Assembly (NCBI GenBank): GCA_043820455.1
Contig: JBDRDU010000061.1
Coordinates: 1 to 37,617, forward strand
DNA from: a bacterium
Lineage (GTDB): Bacteria > Margulisbacteria > WOR-1 > CAVSGV01
Length of the DNA stretch: 37,617 nucleotides
Direction: 5' to 3'
In this document: positions 1 through 8,542 of the stretch, piece after piece
How positions within the stretch are numbered: position 1 is the first letter of the stretch
Layout: the number at the start of each line of letters is the position of its first letter
The notes under the pieces: generated by a model
What the model saw: the letters and a program-made list of their open reading frames with translations, nothing else
Database searches by the model: none
Told to the model about the DNA's origin: nothing
Program-made: the position numbers and the translations under genes

Positions 1-1
1 C

Positions 2-856
2 GTGAATGGGATCGGCGAGCGGGCCGGCAACGCATCCCTTGAAGAGGTCGTCATGGCGATCGAGACAAGAAAAGACCTTTTTAACGCAGAAACCGACATA
101 ACTACCAGGGAGATATACAAAACGTCAAGGATGGTAAGCAGCCTTACAGGGATGCTCGTTCAGCCGAACAAAGCGATCGTCGGCGCGAACGCTTTCGCGC
201 ACGAAGCGGGAATACACCAGGACGGCGTGATAAAGGAAAAAAGGACCTACGAAATAATGGACGCGCAGTCCATCGGCATAATGGAATCAAAACTGGTGCT
301 CGGCAAACACTCTGGCAGGGCCGCCTTTGCCGGCAAATTGAAAGAGCTTGGATTTGAACTTTCCAAGGAAGAGATCGAGAAGGCCTTTATGCAGTTCAAG
401 GCCCTTGCGGACAAGAAAAAGGACGTTTCCGACAGGGACATCGAGGCATTGATAAGCGATGAAGTACTGGTAATTCCCGAGGCTTACAGCTTAAAATCAC
501 TTGATATCAGAGCAGGGACAATAAAAAAACCGACCGCTTCAATAATGCTCTCTTTCAAAGGCAGAACGATCAAGGCGACCGAGACAGGCGCGGGACCGGT
601 GGACGCTGTTTACAAGGCTATAACAAAACTGACCAAGGTAAAGATAAAGCTGGTCGATTATGTGATACAGGCAATAACGGGCGGAACGGACGCTCTGGGC
701 GAGGTTATGGTGCGCATAAGCGACGGAACGAATATTTATTCAGGGCATGGGTCTGATACGGATATCCTTGTGTCTTCAGCCAAAGCTTACATCAACGCTA
801 TAAATAAACTGATCCACAAAAAAGAGCTGAACAAGACCACTATTGCTCGACTGTGA
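2..856 (+). CDS. leuA: 2-isopropylmalate synthase, C-terminal part (5' end lies outside the window)
   Basis: The ORF is open at the window start. It carries the conserved HEAGIHQDG and TYEIM segments of the LeuA/CimA barrel, then a C-terminal LeuA-dimer type regulatory domain (GPVDAVYKAI...GGTDALGEV). LeuA cannot be separated from citramalate synthase by eye. Confidence 0.85.
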   Translation: MNGIGERAGNASLEEVVMAIETRKDLFNAETDITTREIYKTSRMVSSLTGMLVQPNKAIVGANAFAHEAGIHQDGVIKEKRTYEIMDAQSIGIMESKLVLGKHSGRAAFAGKLKELGFELSKEEIEKAFMQFKALADKKKDVSDRDIEALISDEVLVIPEAYSLKSLDIRAGTIKKPTASIMLSFKGRTIKATETGAGPVDAVYKAITKLTKVKIKLVDYVIQAITGGTDALGEVMVRISDGTNIYSGHGSDTDILVSSAKAYINAINKLIHKKELNKTTIARL

Positions 857-1079
857 TGCAGGTCAGCGTTCTTGCCACAAAACCAGTCGCCTGTATCTTC
901 TTAACTATCAATTCGCCAAGAGACTTGAGATCCGCCGCCTCCACGAACGCGATTACATCGTAAGGTCCCGTGACCAGATGGATCGTCTTGACCCCGTTGA
1001 TCTCTTTGACGATATTGACAAGGTCTATCCCTTTTCCCGGAAGCGCTTCGATCAATATGTACGCCTGCGTTGCTTTCAT
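840..1079 (-). CDS. Stand-alone Lrp/AsnC-type ligand-binding (RAM) domain protein, no HTH
   Basis: 79-aa ORF with SD AAGGAGGGG about 6 nt upstream of the ATG at 1079. The pattern AYILIE...GVKTIHLVTGPYDVIAFVEA...TLTCI fits the Lrp/AsnC C-terminal alpha/beta sandwich. Its 3' end overlaps the leuA 3' end by 17 nt (convergent). Confidence 0.7.
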   Translation of the reverse strand: MKATQAYILIEALPGKGIDLVNIVKEINGVKTIHLVTGPYDVIAFVEAADLKSLGELIVKKIQATGFVARTLTCITVEQ

Positions 1080-1107
1080 GTTATCCCCTCCTTTAAACCC
1101 TGATTAA

Positions 1108-2553
1108 TTATACCTTCACCATTACCTTATCCAAAGCCTTTTCATAAAGATCAACATATTGCTTGGCGGAAGCATCCCAGGAATAATCCAGCTTCATATC
1201 GCGGAGCACCAAAGCTTTCCATTTCTTTTTGTTGTTATACGCTTCTATCGCTCTCTTTATCGCGTCATCAAGGGCGGAGGCCGTGTATTCCTCAAAAACA
1301 AAGCCCGTTTTGCCATCAACAACTGTATCAGCAAGTCCGCCTGTTTTTCTGACGACGGGGACGGTTCCGTACTTGTAGCTGATAAGCTGCCCGAGCCCGC
1401 ACGGCTCATAAAGGGAAGGCATAAGGAACATGTCCGATCCCGCGTAGATAAGCTGGGCAAGCGACGCGTCAAACCCAAGGTTAACGCCTATGCGCTCCGG
1501 ATACTTCTTTTTCATCTCAAGGAAAAGTTCGTGATATTTCGGTTCGCCTGTCCCGAGCAGGACGATCTGCAACGCCTGGTGCATTATGTTCTCCATGTCC
1601 TCCGCCAGGATATCAAAGCCTTTCTGGTCTGCAAGCCTTGATATTATGCCTATAAGGGGGACATCGGCCTGGGGAAGCCCGTTCTTTTTTTGAAGCTCGG
1701 ATTTGTTTTCGGCTTTCAGCGATATCGTCCCGGGGCTGTATTTCTTGAAAATATGGGCATCCGTTGAAGGGTCCCACAATTCATAATCAATGCCGTTCAC
1801 GATCCCGTAAACATCCTTTGATCTTGATCGAAGCAGTCCCTCGAGTCCGTATCCGAACTCTGCTGTCTGGATCTCGCGGCTGTACTGCGGAGAAACCGTA
1901 TTTATCGCATCAGCGTAAACAAATCCGGCCTTCGTTAAAGCGATCTTGCCGTAGAACTCCACTGATCCCGGATTGAAATATTCCCATCCGAGCCCCGTGA
2001 TACGCAATTGCTCGGCAGGAAAAGTTCCCTGATACCCCATATTGTGGATCGAATAGACGGTCGCGACATTAGAATAAAAAGGATCGTTCTTATATAAGGT
2101 CTTGAGATACATGATGATAAGAGCGCTCTGCCAGTCATTTGAATGTATTATGTCCGGCTTCCATCCCGTTATTTTGAGGAATTCAAGCACTGCTCTTGAA
2201 TAGAAAGTGAACCTTTCGCAATTATCCGGATAATCAACCCCTTTGTCCTGATACAACCCGTCACGATCGAAATATTTATCATTCGCTATGAAATAGACCG
2301 TCACGTCCGTTCCCGGGATCAAGCCCTCATACACATCGGCTAGTTCGATCCTGTCTGCCACAAGGACTTTTATGCCCTCATAGCCCCTGGAAAGACCGAA
2401 TTTTTTGCTGTCGACCATCCTGTATTTCGGAAGCACGACCCTTACATCATGGCCCAAAGCCTTAATGGCTTTTGGAAGAGCTCCTGCCACATCTGCAAGC
2501 CCTCCCGTTTTTGCAAAAGGCACAACCTCCGGAGACGCTATCAATATCTTCAT
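1108..2553 (-). CDS. glgA: Glycogen/starch synthase (GT5, NDP-glucose dependent)
   Basis: N-terminus MKILIASPEVVPFAKTGGLADV carries the KTGGL motif, and the C-terminal GT-B half has PSLYEPCGLGQL. The start is set at ATG 2553 rather than 2577. Reasons: SD AAGGGAG lies 7 nt upstream, the N-terminus is canonical, and there is an ATGA overlap with the upstream stop (2550-2553). Confidence 0.92.
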   Translation of the reverse strand: MKILIASPEVVPFAKTGGLADVAGALPKAIKALGHDVRVVLPKYRMVDSKKFGLSRGYEGIKVLVADRIELADVYEGLIPGTDVTVYFIANDKYFDRDGLYQDKGVDYPDNCERFTFYSRAVLEFLKITGWKPDIIHSNDWQSALIIMYLKTLYKNDPFYSNVATVYSIHNMGYQGTFPAEQLRITGLGWEYFNPGSVEFYGKIALTKAGFVYADAINTVSPQYSREIQTAEFGYGLEGLLRSRSKDVYGIVNGIDYELWDPSTDAHIFKKYSPGTISLKAENKSELQKKNGLPQADVPLIGIISRLADQKGFDILAEDMENIMHQALQIVLLGTGEPKYHELFLEMKKKYPERIGVNLGFDASLAQLIYAGSDMFLMPSLYEPCGLGQLISYKYGTVPVVRKTGGLADTVVDGKTGFVFEEYTASALDDAIKRAIEAYNNKKKWKALVLRDMKLDYSWDASAKQYVDLYEKALDKVMVKV

Positions 2554-5036
2554 TCTTTGCTCCCTTCTAAAACACATATATCCTTTATCTTTGCCGCATA
2601 AATGTCCATTAACTTTTTTGCCCCTTCTTCATCTGACGCTTCGGCTTCCAGGATTATAGAAGGATTGTCGGGGTGAGGCAAAACAAGCGCCCAGTCCTTT
2701 TTGCGGTATATTTTCACTCCGTCGATCAATTCCACGGGACTATCCCCCGTTCCTTCCATAACAGACCTCATGACCTTCCCTTTAAGCTGCGAAGGGCACC
2801 TTATTTCCAATTTTGCCATGAAAGTCTGCGGAACTTCGCTCAATATTGAGCTGATCGGCCTGTCTTCTCTGGAAAGATATTCAAAAAGTTTCGCAGCGGA
2901 AAGCATCGCATCAAAAGAAACCTGGAATTTCGGGAAAATGCATCCTCCAAGCCTTTCTCCAACGAAAGAAACCTCAGCCCTGGATGCGGCCTCCATTAAA
3001 GCCCTTGAACTTGTCTTTGTCCTTAGAACGGTCCCGTTGTATTTTCGTGCTATTTCCTCAATGACCCTTGAACTTGTCACGGGAGTGGCGATCGTTTTTT
3101 GAGGATTCTGCTTAAGGCTTAAGAGGGACATTAATGCAAGCGTTGCATCACCGGAAAGTATCCTACCTCCCTCATCCACCAAGAAGACCTTCTCCCCTCC
3201 CGCATCGAACATTATGCCGAGATCGCATTTAAGGGAGGTGACTATCTGGGACAGCTGGCGGAGCGAACTTTCGAATTCTTCGCGCGTTTTTGTTATCTTC
3301 GCCTCTTCAACATTGGCGTTCAGCGCAACGACTTCGCATCCAAGCTCGCCCAAGATGGAAGGGAATATCTGGGAAGCGGCCCCGTGAGCATAATCTATGA
3401 CGACCTTGAACCGCTTGCCTGTCAATGCTTTCCTGTCAATGAAGTGCAGGAACCCTTCCCTGTACTGTTCAGCCACTCTATAGAACGGGAAGCTGAGCTC
3501 TCCGGTCTCATCGATCGTTACTCTCTGAAAATCCTCGCCAAAGAAGAGCCTCTCGACAATTTTCTCCTTCCCTGCGGGCAGGTCCATTCCGTCAGAATCA
3601 AAAAATTTGATGTCGAGCACCGTCGGATCATAAGGTGATTTCCTCACGTGGAATCCGCCGCTGCTCCTCAAAACCTTCAGCTCGTACCTGTTTATCGGGA
3701 TGGGCACCATTTCAAGGTCAGAAACGTTCACTCCGGCAGAAAGCACCCCGGAGATCAAAGCCCTGTATATCATCCTTGATGACTTATGGCAGTCCCTGCT
3801 TGTTGTAACATAATTTCCTTTGCCAAGCATATAGCCGTAAGCCGCGCCAAGTGTAGCGGCAAATTCGGGTGTTATCTCAACATTGCAGACACCCGTGACC
3901 CCGTAAGCGCCGAATATCTTTTTGGCCCAGCGCTCCCTCCATACTATGCTTGAGGAAACAGTAGAGCCTTCTTCGATCTTCTTGCCCGGCCATATTTTCA
4001 CGTAAGGCTTGACGTGCGTATCGGGACCGAACGCGCAGTTGCTTGCCACTACCGAGCCTTCTTCAAGTAAAGCTCTTTCCCCTATCACGGAATTTGATGC
4101 GATTATGGCCCTTTTGATGTTGGAATCCTTTTCGATCTTGATATTGTCCCATAAAACACTCTCGATTATTTTTGACCCGCGGGATATTTCGCAATTTTTC
4201 CCGATCACGGAATTTTCGATAATTACGTTGTCGCCGACCACGCTCCCGTCACCGAGCATCACAAGCCCTATCAGCTTTGCGGAAGGAGATATCCTCACAT
4301 TCGAGCCGAATTTCGCCGTTCCCAGTTTCAGCTTTCCCTGAACTATGTCCATATGGCTTACGCCGTATTCGGCAAGCCCGCCGATGTCATTCCAGTAACC
4401 CTCTGCGGTATATCCGTAGATCGATCCCTGCGTCTCCAGAAGCTTCGGAAAAAGGTCCCTGCTGAAATCAAATTCCCTGTTATCGGGGATACTTCGCATT
4501 GCAAGAGGATTTACCACATATATGCCCGTGTTCACGGTGTCAGTTATCACTTCCCCCCATGACGGCTTTTCAAGAAAATGTTTTATTCTTCCGTCGCCGT
4601 TCGTTATGACTATCCCGTAAGGAAGCGGGTTGTCAACGCGGGAAAGGGCGACCGTAACGACGGCCTTTTTGTTCCTGTGGAACTCAATGATTTCCCTGAG
4701 ATTGAAATCGCATATCACATCCGCTGACATGACCAAAAAGGTCTCATCAAGCACAGGCTCGGTGTATTTCACGGCGCCTGCCGTGCCCAAGTCCCGCGGA
4801 GCGACGATATAATTCATCTTTACGCCGAACGCGCCGCCGTCGCCGAAATAATTCATTATCACATCGGGTTTGTGATAAAGTATCGCGACAATATCGGTGA
4901 TGCCGTTCCTGGCAAGAAGTTCGACCGTATGCGCCATTATCGGCTTGTTCGCAAAAGGAAGCATCGGTTTTGGTAATTCGCAGGTAAGCGGGTGCATCCT
5001 GGTCCCAAGCCCGCCTGCCAGTATCGCTGCCTTCAT
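2550..5036 (-). CDS. Fusion protein: sugar-1-phosphate nucleotidyltransferase plus left-handed beta-helix plus divergent alpha-D-phosphohexomutase-like module
   Basis: The N-terminus AILAGGLGTRMHPLT...LPKPMLPF has the GxGTR pyrophosphorylase motif. Hexapeptide-repeat region lies about aa 240-370. A four-domain PGM/PMM-like C-terminal half lies about aa 375-828, but with altered signature loops (see findings). ATGA overlaps occur at both ends (5033-5036 and 2550-2553). Confidence 0.8.
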   Translation of the reverse strand: MKAAILAGGLGTRMHPLTCELPKPMLPFANKPIMAHTVELLARNGITDIVAILYHKPDVIMNYFGDGGAFGVKMNYIVAPRDLGTAGAVKYTEPVLDETFLVMSADVICDFNLREIIEFHRNKKAVVTVALSRVDNPLPYGIVITNGDGRIKHFLEKPSWGEVITDTVNTGIYVVNPLAMRSIPDNREFDFSRDLFPKLLETQGSIYGYTAEGYWNDIGGLAEYGVSHMDIVQGKLKLGTAKFGSNVRISPSAKLIGLVMLGDGSVVGDNVIIENSVIGKNCEISRGSKIIESVLWDNIKIEKDSNIKRAIIASNSVIGERALLEEGSVVASNCAFGPDTHVKPYVKIWPGKKIEEGSTVSSSIVWRERWAKKIFGAYGVTGVCNVEITPEFAATLGAAYGYMLGKGNYVTTSRDCHKSSRMIYRALISGVLSAGVNVSDLEMVPIPINRYELKVLRSSGGFHVRKSPYDPTVLDIKFFDSDGMDLPAGKEKIVERLFFGEDFQRVTIDETGELSFPFYRVAEQYREGFLHFIDRKALTGKRFKVVIDYAHGAASQIFPSILGELGCEVVALNANVEEAKITKTREEFESSLRQLSQIVTSLKCDLGIMFDAGGEKVFLVDEGGRILSGDATLALMSLLSLKQNPQKTIATPVTSSRVIEEIARKYNGTVLRTKTSSRALMEAASRAEVSFVGERLGGCIFPKFQVSFDAMLSAAKLFEYLSREDRPISSILSEVPQTFMAKLEIRCPSQLKGKVMRSVMEGTGDSPVELIDGVKIYRKKDWALVLPHPDNPSIILEAEASDEEGAKKLMDIYAAKIKDICVLEGSKE

Positions 5037-6625
5037 TTTGTCTCCCCGCTGTACACCCTGAAATCGATCTCCGGAAATATGTTATCCCGACATTCTATAT
5101 CAGAAAGCCATTTTTCATCAATGGAATTCGAAGTGATGCCCTCGTACAATCTTGTGAACCTTTCAAGATGGTCCTTTATGCGTTTTACCGCGTACGGAAC
5201 GACCGTTCCCGTTTTCATGATGAAAGGCCAATCGCTTGCCTCTAACAGGAGCAGCTCCCTTGCGGCCTGGTTCAATGCCCTGCCCTTTGCTCCGTTCACA
5301 TTATAATAGGTCTTGGCTAGTTCGATCATTCTTTCCTGCGCTTTGTGTATGTGCCTGTATATCCAGTCATTGCTTCCTTCCAGCCATACTTCGCTGTAGC
5401 CCTTAACTCCCCAGGATGACATTGAAGGTGTCACTACCTGATTTTTCGGGTTTTCCTTCAGATATTGGGACGGCGTAATGAGCTTTATCGTGTCCTGGTC
5501 AAATTGGATCTTCCTGAACAGGCAATTAAGCCAGAGCGGGCCTTCATACCACCAGTGCCCGAAAAGTTCGGCATCATAAGGGGAAATTACTATGGGTTTC
5601 CTCCCTATGACGCCATTTATATGTTCTATCTGTTTTTGCCTGTTGAACATGAAATTGCCGGCGTGCTCCGCGGCCTTATCGGCGGCCCCCTTCGGATCAT
5701 AAGGGCGCTTATCATCGGTCCTGCCGGTGATCTTATGGTACTTGATCCCCGTGCTTATCCTGGTGCCATCAACATGGATGTAAGGCTTGATGTAATCATA
5801 AGGAAGGTCGAAACCGATATCCCTGTAAAATTCCCTGTAATTATAGTCGCCGGGATATCCTTCCTCTGCACTCCAAACAGCGCTGGATGATTCCACGTCT
5901 CTTCCAAAAGCCGCAACGCCGCTCTTCGTGTATACGGGAGCGAAAACGCCGTATTTCGGCCTGGGGGATCCGTGAAGTATCCCGTGAGTATCAACAATAA
6001 AATATTTAATGCCGAATTCCGCCAGATATTTGTCATCCGGCGGATTATAGCCGCATTCGGGAAGCCACATGCCCTTCGGGTTTTTGCCGAAATGTACCTT
6101 GAAACAATCCACCGCCACTTTTATCTGGGCGCGAACGGCGTTCTTATTGATATCAAAGAGAGGCAGGAAACCGTGGGTGGCTCCGCAGGTTATCACTTCC
6201 ACATACCCGGAATCATTGAGCTTTCGGAACGCATTTATAAGGTTTTTACCGTATTTCTCGACAAATACATGCCTTGCGCTCCTGAATTTATCAAGGTACA
6301 TCCTGGCAAGCTCATTGAATTCATGCTGCCCTTTTGTCCTGTCGCACTCGCGCTGCGCAAGCTCGATCAAAGTTTCAATGTGCTTCACGTACCTGTTTTG
6401 AAGAAGCTCGTCCGAGAACATCGATATAAGCGTCGGCGAAAGAGATATCGTTATCTTGAAATTTACGTTGTCGTTGATAAGCCCCTCGAAAGTGTCAATG
6501 AGAGGAATATAGGTTTCCGTTATCGCCTCGTAGAACCAGTCTTCTTCCAGGAATTCCTCGTGCTCCGGATGGCGCACGTAAGGAAGATGCGCATGTAAAA
6601 TTATAGATAAATATCCTTTTTCCAT
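5033..6625 (-). CDS. GH57 1,4-alpha-glucan branching enzyme
   Basis: N-terminus LSIILHAHLPYVRHPE, nucleophile region GMWLPECGY and acid/base region SPYDAELFGHWWYEG. Size (530 aa) and layout match characterised GH57 branching enzymes of Thermus and Thermococcus. Confidence 0.82.
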   Translation of the reverse strand: MEKGYLSIILHAHLPYVRHPEHEEFLEEDWFYEAITETYIPLIDTFEGLINDNVNFKITISLSPTLISMFSDELLQNRYVKHIETLIELAQRECDRTKGQHEFNELARMYLDKFRSARHVFVEKYGKNLINAFRKLNDSGYVEVITCGATHGFLPLFDINKNAVRAQIKVAVDCFKVHFGKNPKGMWLPECGYNPPDDKYLAEFGIKYFIVDTHGILHGSPRPKYGVFAPVYTKSGVAAFGRDVESSSAVWSAEEGYPGDYNYREFYRDIGFDLPYDYIKPYIHVDGTRISTGIKYHKITGRTDDKRPYDPKGAADKAAEHAGNFMFNRQKQIEHINGVIGRKPIVISPYDAELFGHWWYEGPLWLNCLFRKIQFDQDTIKLITPSQYLKENPKNQVVTPSMSSWGVKGYSEVWLEGSNDWIYRHIHKAQERMIELAKTYYNVNGAKGRALNQAARELLLLEASDWPFIMKTGTVVPYAVKRIKDHLERFTRLYEGITSNSIDEKWLSDIECRDNIFPEIDFRVYSGETK

Positions 6626-6634
6626 AAGTGGTTT

Positions 6635-7195
6635 TTACTGCTTTAAATGACGTCCGAGCGGGCTGCTTGGAGATGACATAAAACCCGAGGATCTCAGCTC
6701 TAAAAGATGCTTTTTCATAAGCTCCCTGATCTCTCCGGAGCTTTTACCCATCCCGAATCCGCCCGAAAGCGCGTAGATACGCTCAAAATCCACTGTCATC
6801 CATTCTTCATCTATTATATCGGATATCCCGTTCCTGGGGGTTGTAACGGCATTTGACCTTGCCATAGCTGTAAATTTTCCATCAAAGGACAGAAAACCGA
6901 TATCAACAATATATGTTCGGTCAGCCTCGGGCACATTTATGTACCAGTTCCTGGCGCCATATGGAACGGTAATATCAAAGTTTCTCCATGGTTGAGAGGA
7001 TGTATCATAAACCCTTAAAATTTCTTTTGCACTGTTAAGATCGCCGCTCAAAAGGCCTCTGATCTCTTTATATTTGCTTTCTGTGATCTCCCAGTATGCG
7101 TGGATCCAGAGAGGGTCCCTGACAAGAAGGACTATTTTATTGTCCCCGTATGCGTGCGGAAATTCAAATTCTTTCTTGGCTTTCTCTGCCGGCAT
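6635..7195 (-). CDS. DUF4912-like protein of unknown function
   Basis: 186-aa ORF. The N-terminal segment IVLLVRDPLWIHAYWEI matches my recollection of the DUF4912 signature. No catalytic motif or TM segment was seen. Its ATG lies 1 nt after the stop of the upstream CBM48 gene. Confidence 0.6.
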   Translation of the reverse strand: MPAEKAKKEFEFPHAYGDNKIVLLVRDPLWIHAYWEITESKYKEIRGLLSGDLNSAKEILRVYDTSSQPWRNFDITVPYGARNWYINVPEADRTYIVDIGFLSFDGKFTAMARSNAVTTPRNGISDIIDEEWMTVDFERIYALSGGFGMGKSSGEIRELMKKHLLELRSSGFMSSPSSPLGRHLKQ

Positions 7196-7196
7196 T

Positions 7197-7472
7197 TTAA
7201 TTGACCCTTAGAACGGAATTTTCGCTGCCAAAGGGGCTCATCATGTGCTCTGTGGTCGGGTCGGTGAACCAGTTGCCGTCAATGAGAAATCTGTATTGAT
7301 GTTCGCCTGGAGCAATTTTCACGGAAGCCATCCATTCTCCGCTGCGTCCCGGTTTAGACATATAGATCGCGCCTTTTTCCCACTCCGTAAAATCCCCTGC
7401 TATCTTTATTTCACTGCAGTCCATGGGCGACTGAAATTTGATCTTAACAAGACGCTTTCTGCCGCTCACCAT
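7197..7472 (-). CDS. Stand-alone CBM48 / AMPK-beta-like glycogen-binding domain protein
   Basis: 91 aa. The pattern IKIAGDFTEWEK...M...GEWMASVKIAPGEHQYRFLIDGNWFTDP is the typical early-set/CBM48 pattern (GxFNxW...YKF.VDG.W..DP). SD AGGAGGTG lies upstream. Confidence 0.68.
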   Translation of the reverse strand: MVSGRKRLVKIKFQSPMDCSEIKIAGDFTEWEKGAIYMSKPGRSGEWMASVKIAPGEHQYRFLIDGNWFTDPTTEHMMSPFGSENSVLRVN

Positions 7473-7497
7473 ATAAATTTAACACCTCCTTTTACTG

Positions 7498-8532
7498 TTA
7501 TATTTTGATCTCTCTTAAATATTTTGCCGCTTCTTCCGGCGGGGTCGGACAAATATACAACCCTGTCCCCCATTCAAATCCGGCTGTCTTGGTCAGCCTT
7601 GGTATTATCTCAATGTGCCAGTGAAAGTCGTACTGGACCGTTCCCCAGTAATCGGGCTTTCCCGCCCTGGGCACGGGATTTGGGGATGTATGTATCATGT
7701 AATTGTACGGCGGATCGTTCAGGCACTTTTTAAGCCTTACCATGGTCTCTTTTAAAAGCTTCGCAAGCTGAATGCGCTCCTCATCCGCGATAATAGAAAA
7801 GTTATGCTGATGGCGTCTGGGCAATATCCATATTTCAAAAGGAAATCTTGAGGCAAAAGGCGTAAAGCTCACGAAATGCTCGTTTTCCGAAACTATACGG
7901 GTCCCTTCACCCATCTCCTGCCTTATCATGTCGCAGAAAATGCATCGTTCTTTTTCATGGAAATATTCCCTTGAGCTCGTAAGTTCAAGCTTTATATATC
8001 TTGGAGTTATCGGTGTTGCTATGAGCTGGGAATGAGAGTGTTCAAGCGACGCGCCCGCTGCTTCCCCGTAATTTTTGAAAACAAGCACATACCTGAACCT
8101 CTTGTCTTTTTCAAGGTCAGCGATCCTGTTCTTATATGCCCACAGGATCTTGTCAATATGGGCCTCTTCCATGTCAGCCAGGGTCTCTGCATGTTTCGGC
8201 GTCTCGAGTATTACCTCATGAGCACCGATGCCGCTCATCATATCAAATATCCCTATGCCGGTCCTGTTCACTTCACCTTCTACCACCAGGGCCGGGAATT
8301 TATTCGGTATCACCCTTACTGACCAATCGGTCTTGTTCGGCTCGCTTCCCGGTTTTCTCCATGCGACTATTTCCTTCGGCGTGTTCGCTTCCTGGCCTTC
8401 GCAAAAGGGACAATATTTTCCCTCGGTGATCTTTCCGGCGCCGCCTTCCTTGAAATCAGAAGGCCTCCTGCCGCGCTCGGTCGCGATAATGACCCACCTG
8501 TCCGATATGGGATCCTTGCGTAATTCTGGCAT
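7498..8532 (-). CDS. galT: GalT-type (HIT superfamily branch III) hexose-1-phosphate nucleotidyltransferase or NDP-hexose phosphorylase
   Basis: CPFCEG zinc knuckle near the N-terminus, NKFPAL, active-site HSHSQ (His-x-His-x-Gln) and two half-barrel repeats. SD GGGGGAG lies upstream. The true substrate is not inferable from sequence. Confidence 0.8.
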   Translation of the reverse strand: MPELRKDPISDRWVIIATERGRRPSDFKEGGAGKITEGKYCPFCEGQEANTPKEIVAWRKPGSEPNKTDWSVRVIPNKFPALVVEGEVNRTGIGIFDMMSGIGAHEVILETPKHAETLADMEEAHIDKILWAYKNRIADLEKDKRFRYVLVFKNYGEAAGASLEHSHSQLIATPITPRYIKLELTSSREYFHEKERCIFCDMIRQEMGEGTRIVSENEHFVSFTPFASRFPFEIWILPRRHQHNFSIIADEERIQLAKLLKETMVRLKKCLNDPPYNYMIHTSPNPVPRAGKPDYWGTVQYDFHWHIEIIPRLTKTAGFEWGTGLYICPTPPEEAAKYLREIKI

Positions 8533-8542
8533 TAAACTCCCC

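Noticed and set aside
843-1103. 86-aa + strand ORF starting just before the end of leuA
   Set aside because: It has a TTG start, and it is fully antisense to the RAM-domain gene, which has a strong SD and a recognisable fold pattern. The + strand translation is Arg/Leu/Asp-rich with no motif.
1108-2577. Longer glgA start (MCFRREQR extension, ATG at 2577)
   Set aside because: The extension would overlap the upstream gene by 28 nt and precede the canonical MKILI...KTGGL N-terminus. ATG 2553 has an AAGGGAG SD and the ATGA coupling.
5972-6598. 208-aa + strand ORF, and similar ones at 16518-17123, 20722-21228, 27810-28313, 12272-12745 and 1159-1641
   Set aside because: All are antisense to genes with clear family motifs, all lack motifs of their own, and all have shadow-frame composition. 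They are treated as non-coding.
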